64,000 nucleotides of DNA from an uncultured Alphaproteobacteria bacterium (GCA_964474635.1 CAYYTT010000001.1:15930-79929), one strand, 5' to 3'; counted from the stretch's first letter, positions 33,010 to 42,380 are shown. Notes: a model not told the origin generated them from the sequence alone. Translations and numbers: made by a program.

Positions 33010-34139
33010 GGCGCACCCTCTGCGTCACTTGGCCCATCACTCGGCTTGCCATTCGGTGTACTGAGCACCATGGCGATGGAGAAGGACTCCTCGCCCGAAG
33101 GGCCGGCCTGCACCACGGGCTCGCGAAACCGCACATCCTCGAACAGGGCGGACGCTTCAAAGAGGCCGATGAGGGCCGTCGCCTGGGCCGAGCGCCCGGC
33201 GATCTCGACCCGGCGATCCGCAAGACGCAGATTTTCCAGATAGCTGTCGTCGGGCAAAAGCGCCGTTATCGCCTCAAGCACTTCAACCGCGAGGGGCTTT
33301 CCGGCCTTGAGGTTCGATACCGTCGCAAGGCGGCTCTTGAGCGCATCGATCCGGGCGCGCAGGTCGCTTTGTCCCCGCGTCTCCTGGTTCAATGCGGCGA
33401 CGGCCCCTTCCACCGCGACGGCGGCGCGGTGTTGGCGCTCCAGCGCGATGCCGACGCCGGCCACGGCAAGCAGGATCGCGCAAGACGCAAGGCCCGCAAA
33501 AACCCGTCCGCCGAAGGACCATCCGGCGCGCCGGCCGGCCTGGGACAACATGTCAAAGCCCAACCCAGCCTCGGGCTCCAAGCCCGCGAAATCCGAGCCT
33601 GTGAAATCCACGCTGTCCGGCGCAAGGCCCGCCTCACGCAGGGCCGTCAGGACCGGGTCGAGCCGGTCCCGGGGCGCAAGCACGAATTCGGCGGTGAGCT
33701 TGCCGTCATGCGGCCGGCGCGCGGCCACGCGCGCATCGTAATAGACGTCTCCCGGCGCGAAGGGGGTCAGGCGATCCATCTCAAAGCCGACCACGTCGCG
33801 CACCGTGGCTTCGGCGGCGAGCGGAAGATCCGCCTGCTGACGCAGCCCAAGGCCCGGTTCCAACACTAAAATGCGCGGGAAAGCCAGGGCCGCCTGGGGC
33901 AAACGCGCCGTAACCTGCTCGCGGGTCAGATCCGACACCGGCCCCAAATCGAGGGGCTCGCCCGCCTCGCCCTGTACAAAAATCGTGGCCACGACGCTGG
34001 AAGGGCCCGCACGCAGGATCAACCGATCCGGACGCGGCGCGAAGGCCTGGCGCACGCGCGCCGGCAGGCATGCGGACAACTCGCCCTGCCACCAGGTCAC
34101 GGCCTTTCGTGCTCCGCCTATGACTTCAGCCCACGCCAT
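33006..34139 (-). CDS. gspL: Type II secretion protein GspL
   Basis: 377 aa. Cytoplasmic actin-like N-domain (WWQGELSACLPARVRQAF...LILR), central TM GRVFAGLASCAILLAVAGVGIAL, and a periplasmic C-domain. Position and the overlap with gspM support the call. Confidence 0.8.
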   Translation of the reverse strand: MAWAEVIGGARKAVTWWQGELSACLPARVRQAFAPRPDRLILRAGPSSVVATIFVQGEAGEPLDLGPVSDLTREQVTARLPQAALAFPRILVLEPGLGLRQQADLPLAAEATVRDVVGFEMDRLTPFAPGDVYYDARVAARRPHDGKLTAEFVLAPRDRLDPVLTALREAGLAPDSVDFTGSDFAGLEPEAGLGFDMLSQAGRRAGWSFGGRVFAGLASCAILLAVAGVGIALERQHRAAVAVEGAVAALNQETRGQSDLRARIDALKSRLATVSNLKAGKPLAVEVLEAITALLPDDSYLENLRLADRRVEIAGRSAQATALIGLFEASALFEDVRFREPVVQAGPSGEESFSIAMVLSTPNGKPSDGPSDAEGAP

Positions 34140-34194
34140 GGTGCCGCCTATCTCCCCTCTCGATCAATCAGACCCTTACACGCCCAGATGCCGT

Positions 34195-34830
34195 TCACCG
34201 CCCCTCCAGGGCCGTCTCTATCCGGACGACAAAGGGCTCGGCGGACCAGTCCGCCCCGTCCGCCGGCTCCAGGATCACGCGGATCAAATCGGGCAGCCGG
34301 TCCCGGTCCACCCAGCGATCCGTCCACAGAGCATCACCGCCGCCTGCGGGCGGTCCGTAATAGGCGAACCGCACGGACCGCACGTCCCGCAGGACGGTCT
34401 CGCGCTGCACCTCAGAGCCGTCGCGGGCCGGATCCTCAAAGGCGCGCAGGACCTGCCAGCGCAGCACCAGATCACGCCCGCCGTCCGCACGATCGGCGAG
34501 AGCATACGCCAGGAGCCAGTCCCCCTCGCCCGGCACAATCCGCGGCATCCTACCCACAAAGCGCAGGCTTTGGGTATCGCCCCAAAAGGCTGTCGCCACG
34601 CTGCGACCCGGTCCCCGGCGCAGGCGCAGGGCCGGCGCGCTCAAATGGCGGCGCAGCAGGTCCTCACCATGTCGGCCCCGCTCCAGCGCCCCGGCCGAGA
34701 CCGCCCCGCGTTCCCAGGCGCGCAGGCCGAACCGAATGCCCCCCGCCATAAGGGCCGACAAAAGGCCAAGTAATGCCACGGCAACAAGCAGTTCCAGGAG
34801 CGAAAAACCCGCCGCGCGACGGGCCCTCAT
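34195..34830 (-). CDS. gspJ: Type II secretion minor pseudopilin GspJ
   Basis: ORF 34195..34992 trimmed to MRARRAAGFSLLELLVAVALLGLLSALMAGG (prepilin G|FSLLE motif) at 34830. ATGA overlap with the gspI stop. Confidence 0.8.
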   Translation of the reverse strand: MRARRAAGFSLLELLVAVALLGLLSALMAGGIRFGLRAWERGAVSAGALERGRHGEDLLRRHLSAPALRLRRGPGRSVATAFWGDTQSLRFVGRMPRIVPGEGDWLLAYALADRADGGRDLVLRWQVLRAFEDPARDGSEVQRETVLRDVRSVRFAYYGPPAGGGDALWTDRWVDRDRLPDLIRVILEPADGADWSAEPFVVRIETALEGR

Positions 34831-35252
34831 GGCGCGCCCCGCCCTGACGCCAGGCGCAGGCCCGTCAGGGTCACCCGGCGGGCGTTCCGACCGTCCCCAT
34901 CCGGAAAAACCGTCACGTCCACCCGATAGGCCGTCGGCGCGCCCGCCCCATCGCCATCGGGTGCGCGCAACGCCGTGACCCGGTGGCGCCACGCCATGCC
35001 GTCCGCATAGCGCCCCTGCCGCATGCCCGGCCGCAGTGTCAGCTCCGCCCCATGGCGGGCCAGATCGCTCTGCGCCCGGCTAAGGGCCGTCAGATAAGCG
35101 GCCGAGGTCGAGGCATTGCGAAATCCGCCCGAAAAGGCCTGCATCGCCGCCGCCAGAGTAAGCGCGACAATCACAAAGGACACGACGACTTCAAGCACGG
35201 TGAAGCCCCGCTGCCGTCCGCCCCCGCCATACCCTTGCGCGCGCCGCGCCAT
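34827..35252 (-). CDS. gspI: Type II secretion minor pseudopilin GspI
   Basis: ORF trimmed to MARRAQGYGGGGRQRGFTVLEVVVSFVIVALTLAAAMQAF (G|FTVLE) at 35252. Confidence 0.8.
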   Translation of the reverse strand: MARRAQGYGGGGRQRGFTVLEVVVSFVIVALTLAAAMQAFSGGFRNASTSAAYLTALSRAQSDLARHGAELTLRPGMRQGRYADGMAWRHRVTALRAPDGDGAGAPTAYRVDVTVFPDGDGRNARRVTLTGLRLASGRGAP

Positions 35253-35257
35253 GACCT

Positions 35258-35719
35258 CTACCCGTCCTCCAGGGTCACCGTGCCGGTCAGCCACGCGACA
35301 CTGATTTTCTGCACGCGATTGGCGCGCGTTAAGACCACCGAGCCCCCGCTGGCGCTGCCGTCGGGCGCGAAAACGATGGCCCCTGTTGCCGCGCCCTCAA
35401 GATCCTCGCGGGCGGCACGCACCTCGATCCGCACATCGGCCGGCAGGGCCGTCGGCGCGCCGCGACCGGCAAGGCCGTAGGTCCGGGCGTCAAGGTCGAT
35501 CAGAAAGCGTTCCGTCGTCTGATCGCGCCGGGCGTGAGCACGGGCGGCGCGCAGTTCGGCCGCCATATCCCGGGCCAGGGCCTTCAGTTCCACACGTTCG
35601 AGCGCGGAAAACGAGCCCCAGGGCGCGGCGGCGATCAAACTGGCCGCAATGGCCAGGACCACGAGGATTTCGAGCAGGGTGAGGCCGGCCTCACCAGCTC
35701 GTGACGTCCTGGGCTTCAT
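35258..35719 (-). CDS. gspH: Type II secretion minor pseudopilin GspH
   Basis: ORF trimmed to MKPRTSRAGEAGLTLLEILVVLAIAASLIAAA (G|LTLLE) at 35719. It overlaps the gspG 3' end by 29 nt. Confidence 0.8.
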   Translation of the reverse strand: MKPRTSRAGEAGLTLLEILVVLAIAASLIAAAPWGSFSALERVELKALARDMAAELRAARAHARRDQTTERFLIDLDARTYGLAGRGAPTALPADVRIEVRAAREDLEGAATGAIVFAPDGSASGGSVVLTRANRVQKISVAWLTGTVTLEDG

Positions 35720-36125
35720 CCTCGCCCCCTTCCACCTTGTCCGCGCCAAGGGAATAGACATCGAAGTCCCCGTGCTCGCCGGGCATTTTGTAAAGGAACG
35801 GCTCGCCCCAGGCGTCCACCAGGGCATCGCGCTTTTTCACATAGGGACCGTTCCAGGCCTGCGCGCCGGCGGGCGCCTGCCATAGGGCGGCGAGGCCCTC
35901 CTGTTCGCTGGGGTAACGGCCCATGTCGAGGCGATAATATTCAAGGCCGGCCGAGACCTGATCGACCTTCAAGGCCGTCGTGTCCGATTTGGCGCCGCCG
36001 AGATAGTTCAGCGCCACGCTGCCGACGGCGGCCATCAGCAGGCCGAGAATCGTGATCACCACCAAAAGTTCCAGCAGGGTGAGACCGGCCTCGCGCGACC
36101 GGCGGGATGAGGATGACTGCACCAT
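35691..36125 (-). CDS. gspG: Type II secretion major pseudopilin GspG
   Basis: 144 aa. REAGLTLLELLVVITILGLLMAAV, then the GspG-typical LEYYRLDMGRYPSEQEGLAALWQAP...WNGPYVKK...DAWGEPFLYKMPGEHGDFDVYSLGADKVEGG. Confidence 0.95.
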   Translation of the reverse strand: MVQSSSSRRSREAGLTLLELLVVITILGLLMAAVGSVALNYLGGAKSDTTALKVDQVSAGLEYYRLDMGRYPSEQEGLAALWQAPAGAQAWNGPYVKKRDALVDAWGEPFLYKMPGEHGDFDVYSLGADKVEGGEDEAQDVTSW

Positions 36126-36158
36126 GGCGTAACTCCGTTGTCTGATGACGTTTGGGCC

Positions 36159-37394
36159 TTATTGGGCCAATTCGTTGATGCTAAACAGGGCAAACAGGAT
36201 CGAGGACATGATGAAGGCGATCAGCAGGCCGATGGCCAAGGTGAGGATCGGCGTCAGCATGGAGAGCATGCGCTCGAACGCCACGCGCGTTTCCTCCTCA
36301 TAGATGTCGGCGAGCTTTTCCATCATGGGCTCAAGGTGCCCGGTTTCCTCGCCCACCTGGATGAGTTGCACGGCGAGCGCCGGGAAGAGGCCCCCTTCGC
36401 CCAAGGGCCGGGCGAGCCCCCGGCCCCGCTCGACCTCGCCCGCGACCCGCTCCATTTCCCGCGCGATCACGGCGTTGCCCGCCACGGCCCGGGCAAGCCC
36501 CATGGCCTGGGGCAGGCTGACGCCGTTTTCAAGCAGCACACCCAGGGTGCGCGAAATGCGGGCCACGGAGGTTTTCAGCCAAACCGGCCCGAACAGCGGC
36601 GTGCCCAGGGCCAGCCTGTGCCACACAAGGCGCCCCGCCGGGGAGGCATCGAGCACGCGGAACCCCAGATAGAACACGCCCACGCCCAGCAGCAGCGCCC
36701 ACCAATAGCCCTCGAAAAAGGCACCCATGGCCATGACGACGGCCGTGTTGGTGGGCAGTTGCGCGCCCGCATCCTCGAACATGGGCTCGAAGGTGGGAAC
36801 GACGACGGCAAGCAGGATGCCGACCGCGCCGAAGGCTGCCACGATGAGAAAGGCCGGATAAATCAGCGCCGAACGGACGCTTGAGAGCAGTTTGCGCGTG
36901 CGCTCCATATAGTCGGCAAGGCGGGTCAGCACACCGTCGAGGGACGCGCCCGCCTCGCCGGCACGGACCATGGAGCGGTAATAGGCCGGGAAGGCCTCCG
37001 GGTGCCGGTCAAGGGTGCTCGCAAGGCCCGCCCCCTCCTTGACGCCCTCCAGCAGGGACCGGGTCAGATCTCGGAGCTTTCCCGCCGGCGTGAGATCGGC
37101 CGTCATGGCCAGGGCCCGGTCGAGGGGCACGCCGGCGTTCAAAAGCGTAGCCAGGGATCGGGTCAGGGACAGAATGTCCGCCTCGCTCACCTTGTTCAGG
37201 GTGATGATGTCCTTGTTGAGCGCCTGGCTCAGACCGCCCTGGCGCCTTGTCCCGATGCTGAGCGGTGTGTGCCCCTGGCCATGCAGGGCCGCGACCACCG
37301 CCTCCCGGTTCGCCGCCTCCATGGCGCCGGTCGTGACCTCGCCCGTTGCGCTCACCGATTTGTAGTGGAACTGGGGCATGGCGCGGGCCCTCAC
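36159..37394 (-). CDS. gspF: Type II secretion inner-membrane platform protein GspF
   Basis: 411 aa. Two GspF repeats (LTRSLATLLNAGVPLDRAL...; ISRTLGVLLENGVSLPQAM...) and three TM segments. 4-nt overlap with gspE. Confidence 0.95.
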   Translation of the reverse strand: MRARAMPQFHYKSVSATGEVTTGAMEAANREAVVAALHGQGHTPLSIGTRRQGGLSQALNKDIITLNKVSEADILSLTRSLATLLNAGVPLDRALAMTADLTPAGKLRDLTRSLLEGVKEGAGLASTLDRHPEAFPAYYRSMVRAGEAGASLDGVLTRLADYMERTRKLLSSVRSALIYPAFLIVAAFGAVGILLAVVVPTFEPMFEDAGAQLPTNTAVVMAMGAFFEGYWWALLLGVGVFYLGFRVLDASPAGRLVWHRLALGTPLFGPVWLKTSVARISRTLGVLLENGVSLPQAMGLARAVAGNAVIAREMERVAGEVERGRGLARPLGEGGLFPALAVQLIQVGEETGHLEPMMEKLADIYEEETRVAFERMLSMLTPILTLAIGLLIAFIMSSILFALFSINELAQ

Positions 37395-39178
37395 GCGGCG
37401 TTGGTGACGCGGATGACCTCCTCAAGGGAGGTCTCCCCGGCGCGGGCGCGGGCGAGGCCCGCCTCGCGCATGGGCACCATGCCGCCAGCGACGGCGGCCT
37501 CATGGACCGTCATGGCATCGGCCCGGTTCAGCACCAGCCGGCGGATGTCGTCGGTCACTTCGAGAAGCTCCACGACCGCCATGCGCCCCTGATAACCGCG
37601 TCCGCTGCAGGCGGAACATCCGTCCGGCCTGTAAAAGGGCTCATCGGGATCCGCGCCGCCCAGATGGGCCACCAGATCGGGCATGGCCGGGGCTGGCGCG
37701 CGGCATGTCGGGCACAGCCGGCGCACGAGGCGTTGGGACACAATGCCGTTGAGGGTCGAGGCCAGGAGATAATCCTCCACGCCCATATCGAGCAGCCTGC
37801 TGATCGTGGCCGCCGCCGTGTTGGTGTGCAGCGTGGCGAGCACAAGGTGGCCCGTGAGGGCCGCCTGGACCGCGATGGAGGCGGTCTCCAGATCGCGGAT
37901 CTCACCGATCATGATCACATCCGGGTCCTGACGGAGGATGGAACGCAGGGCATGGGCGAAGGTGAGGCCGATCTTTGGGCGCGCCTGGATCTGGTTGACG
38001 CCTTCGATCTGGTATTCGACCGGGTCCTCCACCGTGATGATCTTGCGGTCCGAGGAATTGATCTGGGTAAGGGCCGTGTAGAGCGTCGTGGTCTTGCCGC
38101 TGCCCGTCGGGCCAGTCACGAGCACGATGCCGTTGGGCCGGTTGAGCAGCGCGTGCAGGTTGGCGAGCACGTTTGGGTCGAAGCCAAGCGCGGTGAAATC
38201 GAGGGTTGTCGCCTCGCGGTCAAGGATCCGCAGCACCACGCCTTCGCCATGCAGCATGGGCGAGGTCGCGACCCGCAGGTCGATCTCCTTGCCGCCGATC
38301 ACGACTTTGATGCGCCCGTCCTGTGGCAGACGGTGCTCGGCGATGTTCAGCTTCGCCATGATCTTGATGCGCGACAGGACCGCCGCCTGGAGGCGCGCCG
38401 GCGGGCTGTCGATCTCGCGCAGGACCCCATCCACGCGGTAGCGCACGCGCAACCGGTTGTCGAAGGGCTCGATGTGAATGTCGGAGGCCCCGGCTTCGAC
38501 GGCCTTGCGGATCAGCATGTTCACGATGCGGATAACCGGCGCTTCGTTGGCGAGGTCGCGCAGCAGGGCAATGTCGGCGTCGCTGTTTTCGCCGTCCGCG
38601 TCGTCGAGCCCCTCGGCGAGGGATTCAATAGCACTGCGCCCTTGGCTGTAGAGGCGCTCCAGGGCGTTTTCGAGATCGGTGGGAACAGCGGCCCGGCGGG
38701 CCACGGGGCGCGCCAGCCGGAGCGCCACGGCATTGGCGGCCGCCTCGTCGAGCGGATCGGCCATGGCCAGGGGAACCGGGCCGTCCTCCCCCTCGCCGCC
38801 CAAGGGCAGAAGGCGGGCGTGGCGCAGGAACTTGGCCGGCAAAGCCTCGGTGAAGAGCGGCTCATCGGGAAAGGATGACAGATCCGCAAGCGGCAGATCG
38901 AGCACATCGGCAAGCGCGGCGGCGATGTCCCGCTCCCCCACCAGACCGAGATGGGACAGGACTCGGTCGAGGCGATCACCGGTCTCGCGCGCGGCCCGTT
39001 CCGCGCGGGCAAGGCCCTGGTCGTCGATCAGGCCAGCGCGCAAAAGCGCCTGGCCCAATCCTGAGAGCGGATCGGCCGTGGACAGCGCGTCTTCGGCGAT
39101 ATCTGAAAACCCATGCATGGCGCCAAGCCTACCACGGTGCAAGGCTCCCGCCTCGCCGGTAACGTCCATGCGAACCAC
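37391..39178 (-). CDS. gspE: Type II secretion ATPase GspE
   Basis: 595 aa. Walker A VTGPTGSGKTTTLY; Asp/His boxes ITVEDPVEYQIEGVNQIQ and DPDVIMIGEIRDLETA...TGHLVLATLHTN. Tetracysteine CPTC...CSAC. Confidence 0.97.
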   Translation of the reverse strand: MVRMDVTGEAGALHRGRLGAMHGFSDIAEDALSTADPLSGLGQALLRAGLIDDQGLARAERAARETGDRLDRVLSHLGLVGERDIAAALADVLDLPLADLSSFPDEPLFTEALPAKFLRHARLLPLGGEGEDGPVPLAMADPLDEAAANAVALRLARPVARRAAVPTDLENALERLYSQGRSAIESLAEGLDDADGENSDADIALLRDLANEAPVIRIVNMLIRKAVEAGASDIHIEPFDNRLRVRYRVDGVLREIDSPPARLQAAVLSRIKIMAKLNIAEHRLPQDGRIKVVIGGKEIDLRVATSPMLHGEGVVLRILDREATTLDFTALGFDPNVLANLHALLNRPNGIVLVTGPTGSGKTTTLYTALTQINSSDRKIITVEDPVEYQIEGVNQIQARPKIGLTFAHALRSILRQDPDVIMIGEIRDLETASIAVQAALTGHLVLATLHTNTAAATISRLLDMGVEDYLLASTLNGIVSQRLVRRLCPTCRAPAPAMPDLVAHLGGADPDEPFYRPDGCSACSGRGYQGRMAVVELLEVTDDIRRLVLNRADAMTVHEAAVAGGMVPMREAGLARARAGETSLEEVIRVTNAA

Positions 39179-39220
39179 GGACGGCGGACCGGGTTGCGGT
39201 CCTTCATAAAACGCTCCGCG

Positions 39221-39859
39221 TCAGGAGAGCGAGGGGCCAGCCATGGCCAATGCCATCAGCAAAATAGACACGGCCGCCATCCAGCTGCCAAGGGCCCGCA
39301 CCGCAATTCTGGTCCAACTGCCCCAGTCCATCACCTGGACCAGACCCGCGGTGGCCAAAGTCACGATCAAGAAGCCCGTCGCCGTGATACCGGCCGTGAA
39401 AAGGCGCTGGTCGGTCTGCTGGGCCATTGCAAGCCCGTTTTCGAACCCGAGCATCGCGGACGCAGCCCCGGTCCATACCAGAAGGACGACCAAGGGCAGG
39501 CCCCGGCCGAGGGCCACCAGCGCAGCCGTCAAAGCCAGACAGCCCGTCACGAAGAGGGCGGCCGAACTGCCGCCCGGTGCCAGGGTCGAGGCGTAACTGC
39601 CGACCAAAAGCCCGGCTGGAACGGCCGCAATGACCCAGCGTCCCCTCTCGCGCTGCTGAAGTGCCGCCAGGAACGACAGGGCAATCAGCAGAAGGACATA
39701 ATCAAGGCCGGTGAGCACGTGGAGCCCGCCGCCGTAAAAGTCGCCAAAGCGCATGTCCACAAGATGCGCTGAGGCCGGCACCGGCAGCAGGGGCCACAGG
39801 CCTGCCAGCAGCGCCAACGGCAGTCTCGACAGTCCGCTGCGTACCCGCCAATTCCCCAT
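39221..39859 (-). CDS. HupE/UreJ-like membrane protein, divergent paralogue
   Basis: 212 aa. Signal peptide ending PASA followed by His (HLVDM...). GGGLHVLTGLDYVLLLIALSF sits where canonical HupE has HPxxGxDH. Multiple TM helices. Its ATG directly abuts the upstream gene's TGA. Confidence 0.6.
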   Translation of the reverse strand: MGNWRVRSGLSRLPLALLAGLWPLLPVPASAHLVDMRFGDFYGGGLHVLTGLDYVLLLIALSFLAALQQRERGRWVIAAVPAGLLVGSYASTLAPGGSSAALFVTGCLALTAALVALGRGLPLVVLLVWTGAASAMLGFENGLAMAQQTDQRLFTAGITATGFLIVTLATAGLVQVMDWGSWTRIAVRALGSWMAAVSILLMALAMAGPSLS

Positions 39860-40486
39860 TCAGAGGATCCCCGGCAAGGCAAGCACAAGGAAATAACCGC
39901 CCAGGGCCGCGACGGCGCCGCCGCAGGCCCGTACGATCATGGGGCCAATGCCTCCAAAACCGTTCAGCAGGCCAATCAGGATCCCGGCCAGGTGCAACAG
40001 GCCCGTGGAGGTCACGAAGCCGACGCCATAGGCGAGCGGGCTTGCCGCATGGGGCAGCTCCATGCCGTGCGCGTGGCCGTGGAAAATGGCAAAGACCGAA
40101 ACGGCCACAACCGCGAGCCAGGTGGGCGCGCGAAAGGCCGTCAACACGAACAGGCCCAGCACCAGCGCCGAGGCCGCGATGCCCACTTCGACGGAGGGCA
40201 AGGGAATGCCCATGATGCCGATCACACCGCCGACGGCCATCATGAGCGGAAAGGCGATGGGCAGGGCCCAAATCAGCGGCGAGCCGAGCTGCGCGCCCCA
40301 CAGGCCGACGGCGACCATGGCGATCAGGTGATCAAGGCCCTGGACCGGATGGAGGAGGCCGTTCACGAGGCCAGCGCCGACGGCCACTTCCGCGTGGGCC
40401 CAGGCGAGGCCCGGATGGAACGTGAAAACAACGGTGACAAGGGCAAAGGCCCATCGGGTATCCAGGCTGGCGCCGCGGTGGCTCAT
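39860..40486 (-). CDS. hupE: HupE/UreJ family metal (Ni/Co-type) permease
   Basis: ORF 39860..40807 trimmed to MSHRGASLDTRWAFALVTVVFTFHPGLAWA|HAEV at 40486. Canonical GLLHPVQGLDHLIAMVAVGLWGAQ and FAIFHGHAHGMELP motifs. Confidence 0.85.
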   Translation of the reverse strand: MSHRGASLDTRWAFALVTVVFTFHPGLAWAHAEVAVGAGLVNGLLHPVQGLDHLIAMVAVGLWGAQLGSPLIWALPIAFPLMMAVGGVIGIMGIPLPSVEVGIAASALVLGLFVLTAFRAPTWLAVVAVSVFAIFHGHAHGMELPHAASPLAYGVGFVTSTGLLHLAGILIGLLNGFGGIGPMIVRACGGAVAALGGYFLVLALPGIL

Positions 40487-40518
40487 GGTTTGTCCCCTCC
40501 TTAAATGCGCCGCGCGCA

Positions 40519-41508
40519 TCATGTCGTGAGCAGTATAACGATCCGATCCATGGTCCAATACGCGGCAACACCGCCGATCACATAGGCGGGAATGGCCACG
40601 CCCCAGGACGGCAAGGCGAGTTTCATGGACCGGAAGGCCGCCATCAGGATCAGCACGCCGAATACGAAACCGATCTGCCCGATTTCGACACCAAGGTTGA
40701 AGGCGAGCAACGCAAGCAGCAAGCTGTTCTCCGGGAGGCCCAGATTGATGAGGGCGCTGGCGAAACCGAAGCCGTGCAAAAGGCCGAACCCGAAGGCAAC
40801 AATCCATGGGTGGCGAATGGTCAGGCTGGTTTCGCCGCGCTTTTGCTTGATGATCTCCACACCGATAAAGACGATGCTGAGCGCGATCAGCGCATTCACA
40901 AGCTGTTCCGGCACCCCGATGAAGCCGAAGGTCACGGCGGCGAGGGTCACACTGTGTGCAAGCGTGAAGGATGTGATGGTCTTAACCAGCATCCAGCGCG
41001 AGCGCACGATCCAGATGAGGCCGAGCACAAACATCAGGTGATCGATGCCGAGCATGATGTGCTCAACCCCGATGAAAACATAGGATTGGAAGACCTGGCG
41101 CCAAAGGTCCCAGCCTTCCCCGTTGAAGACCGGCTTCACATTTACGGAAGGAACGGCGGGGGTCAGGGTGAAGGCCTGGGTGAAGCCATTGGTGTAGTTG
41201 ACCCGGATCATTGCCGCAGACTGGCCGGCGCCAAGGCCTTCGAAACTCAGCGGTCCAACCAAACCCTCATCGCCGCAATCGACGAAGGGGGGATCAATCA
41301 CGCAGTGCTGGGGAAAAATCGGATTGAGATTTTCCGTACCCATGGGCCGGCTGCCCGGCCAGCGCATGGCGAAACGGCCATCATTGAGCTGCTCTAGCTC
41401 CAGCACGGACATGGAAAGGTCATGGGCCATGGCCGGACGCGGACCAATGACGGCCCACAGGACGGCGATGGCAAGCGCAATGAGACTGGCGAGGCGTAGC
41501 GGGCTCAC
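40519..41508 (-). CDS. HupE/UreJ-2 type membrane protein with an extra N-terminal periplasmic domain
   Basis: 329 aa. Signal peptide ...GPRPAMA|HDLS, then a ~130-aa soluble domain. Then YVFIGVEHIMLGIDHLMFVLGLI, SFTLAHSVTLAA, GLLHGFGFASAL and FNLGVEIGQ, which are typical of the HupE_UreJ_2 family. Third-position A/T is visibly more frequent than in flanking genes. Confidence 0.8.
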   Translation of the reverse strand: MSPLRLASLIALAIAVLWAVIGPRPAMAHDLSMSVLELEQLNDGRFAMRWPGSRPMGTENLNPIFPQHCVIDPPFVDCGDEGLVGPLSFEGLGAGQSAAMIRVNYTNGFTQAFTLTPAVPSVNVKPVFNGEGWDLWRQVFQSYVFIGVEHIMLGIDHLMFVLGLIWIVRSRWMLVKTITSFTLAHSVTLAAVTFGFIGVPEQLVNALIALSIVFIGVEIIKQKRGETSLTIRHPWIVAFGFGLLHGFGFASALINLGLPENSLLLALLAFNLGVEIGQIGFVFGVLILMAAFRSMKLALPSWGVAIPAYVIGGVAAYWTMDRIVILLTT

Positions 41509-42380
41509 TTGTCGGCCTCGCTGATTTTGCGGTTGCGGCGCGGCGCTTCGACGTCGGCATCAGGGTCGAAGAAGGACGCGGGCGGCTCGCTATAGGTCAC
41601 CGTGTACTGATCGCGCAGATCGGCAATCGCCTTGATCCCCGCCTGCTGCACGGCCCATTGCTGCCAGGCCCCCACCATGCTGGTGCGCACCTCTTCAAAA
41701 GGCGCCGTGCGCGCCGGATCAAGCCGGTCGAGCCGCAACACGGCCCAGCCATTGGGCGTTTCAACCGGCGTCCACATACCGATCTCCTGCGCCTCCAGAT
41801 TAGCCGTCAAATCCGGACCCAACAATTGCTCCACATTGGGCTTGGGCCGCACCTGAAACTGGAGCAGGCGCTGCCCCGGCTGCGAGGACGGCTCCTCGCC
41901 GGTTTCGTTCCAGGTCGCGGCCAGGGCCCGCGCCTCATCGCCATCCCCGGTCAAGCGCACGACCGAGAAGTCGAAAAAGGCCGGAAGCTGATAATCTTCC
42001 AGATTGGCGTTGTAGAAGGCGCGCAGGTCTTCTTCACGCGCAACGGGTTCTTCGATACTGCCGCCGATCATGACCCGCATCTTCTGCATGACCCGCTCCC
42101 GGATCATGTCATCGCCCTGGTTCAGCTGCAGACCGAGGGCCTCGCGGTAAAGCACTTCGTTGTCGACCCAAACATCGACCAGGGGCGCGATTTCCTCGCG
42201 GGTCGGGCGCCGTCCGGCCGCGTCCTGGTAGGTCGCCGCAAGATCCTCGTAGACGGATTGGGTCACGGTGATCTGCCGAGGATCGGCCTTGCCCAATTCA
42301 GTGATGGCGTTGGCGCCGTACAGAACCACACCGATGAGCGCAAAATGCACCAATGGCTCGCGCATCATGCCGCCGACCAT
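41505..42380 (-). CDS. Membrane-anchored PpiC/parvulin-like peptidyl-prolyl isomerase (Rotamase_2-like)
   Basis: 291 aa. N-terminal anchor REPLVHFALIGVVLYGA. EIAPLVDVWVDNEVLYREALGL, DDMIRERVMQKM and WTPVETPNGWAVLRLDRL are typical of this family. 4-nt overlap with the downstream HupE-2 gene. Confidence 0.7.
   Translation of the reverse strand: MVGGMMREPLVHFALIGVVLYGANAITELGKADPRQITVTQSVYEDLAATYQDAAGRRPTREEIAPLVDVWVDNEVLYREALGLQLNQGDDMIRERVMQKMRVMIGGSIEEPVAREEDLRAFYNANLEDYQLPAFFDFSVVRLTGDGDEARALAATWNETGEEPSSQPGQRLLQFQVRPKPNVEQLLGPDLTANLEAQEIGMWTPVETPNGWAVLRLDRLDPARTAPFEEVRTSMVGAWQQWAVQQAGIKAIADLRDQYTVTYSEPPASFFDPDADVEAPRRNRKISEADK

Noticed and set aside
37346-38878. 510-aa plus-strand ORF; similar long ORFs occur at 18463..19695(-), 29305..30702(+) and 36138..36884(+)
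   Set aside because: All are antisense to strongly supported genes (gspE, ilvA, gspD, gspF) and lack motifs.
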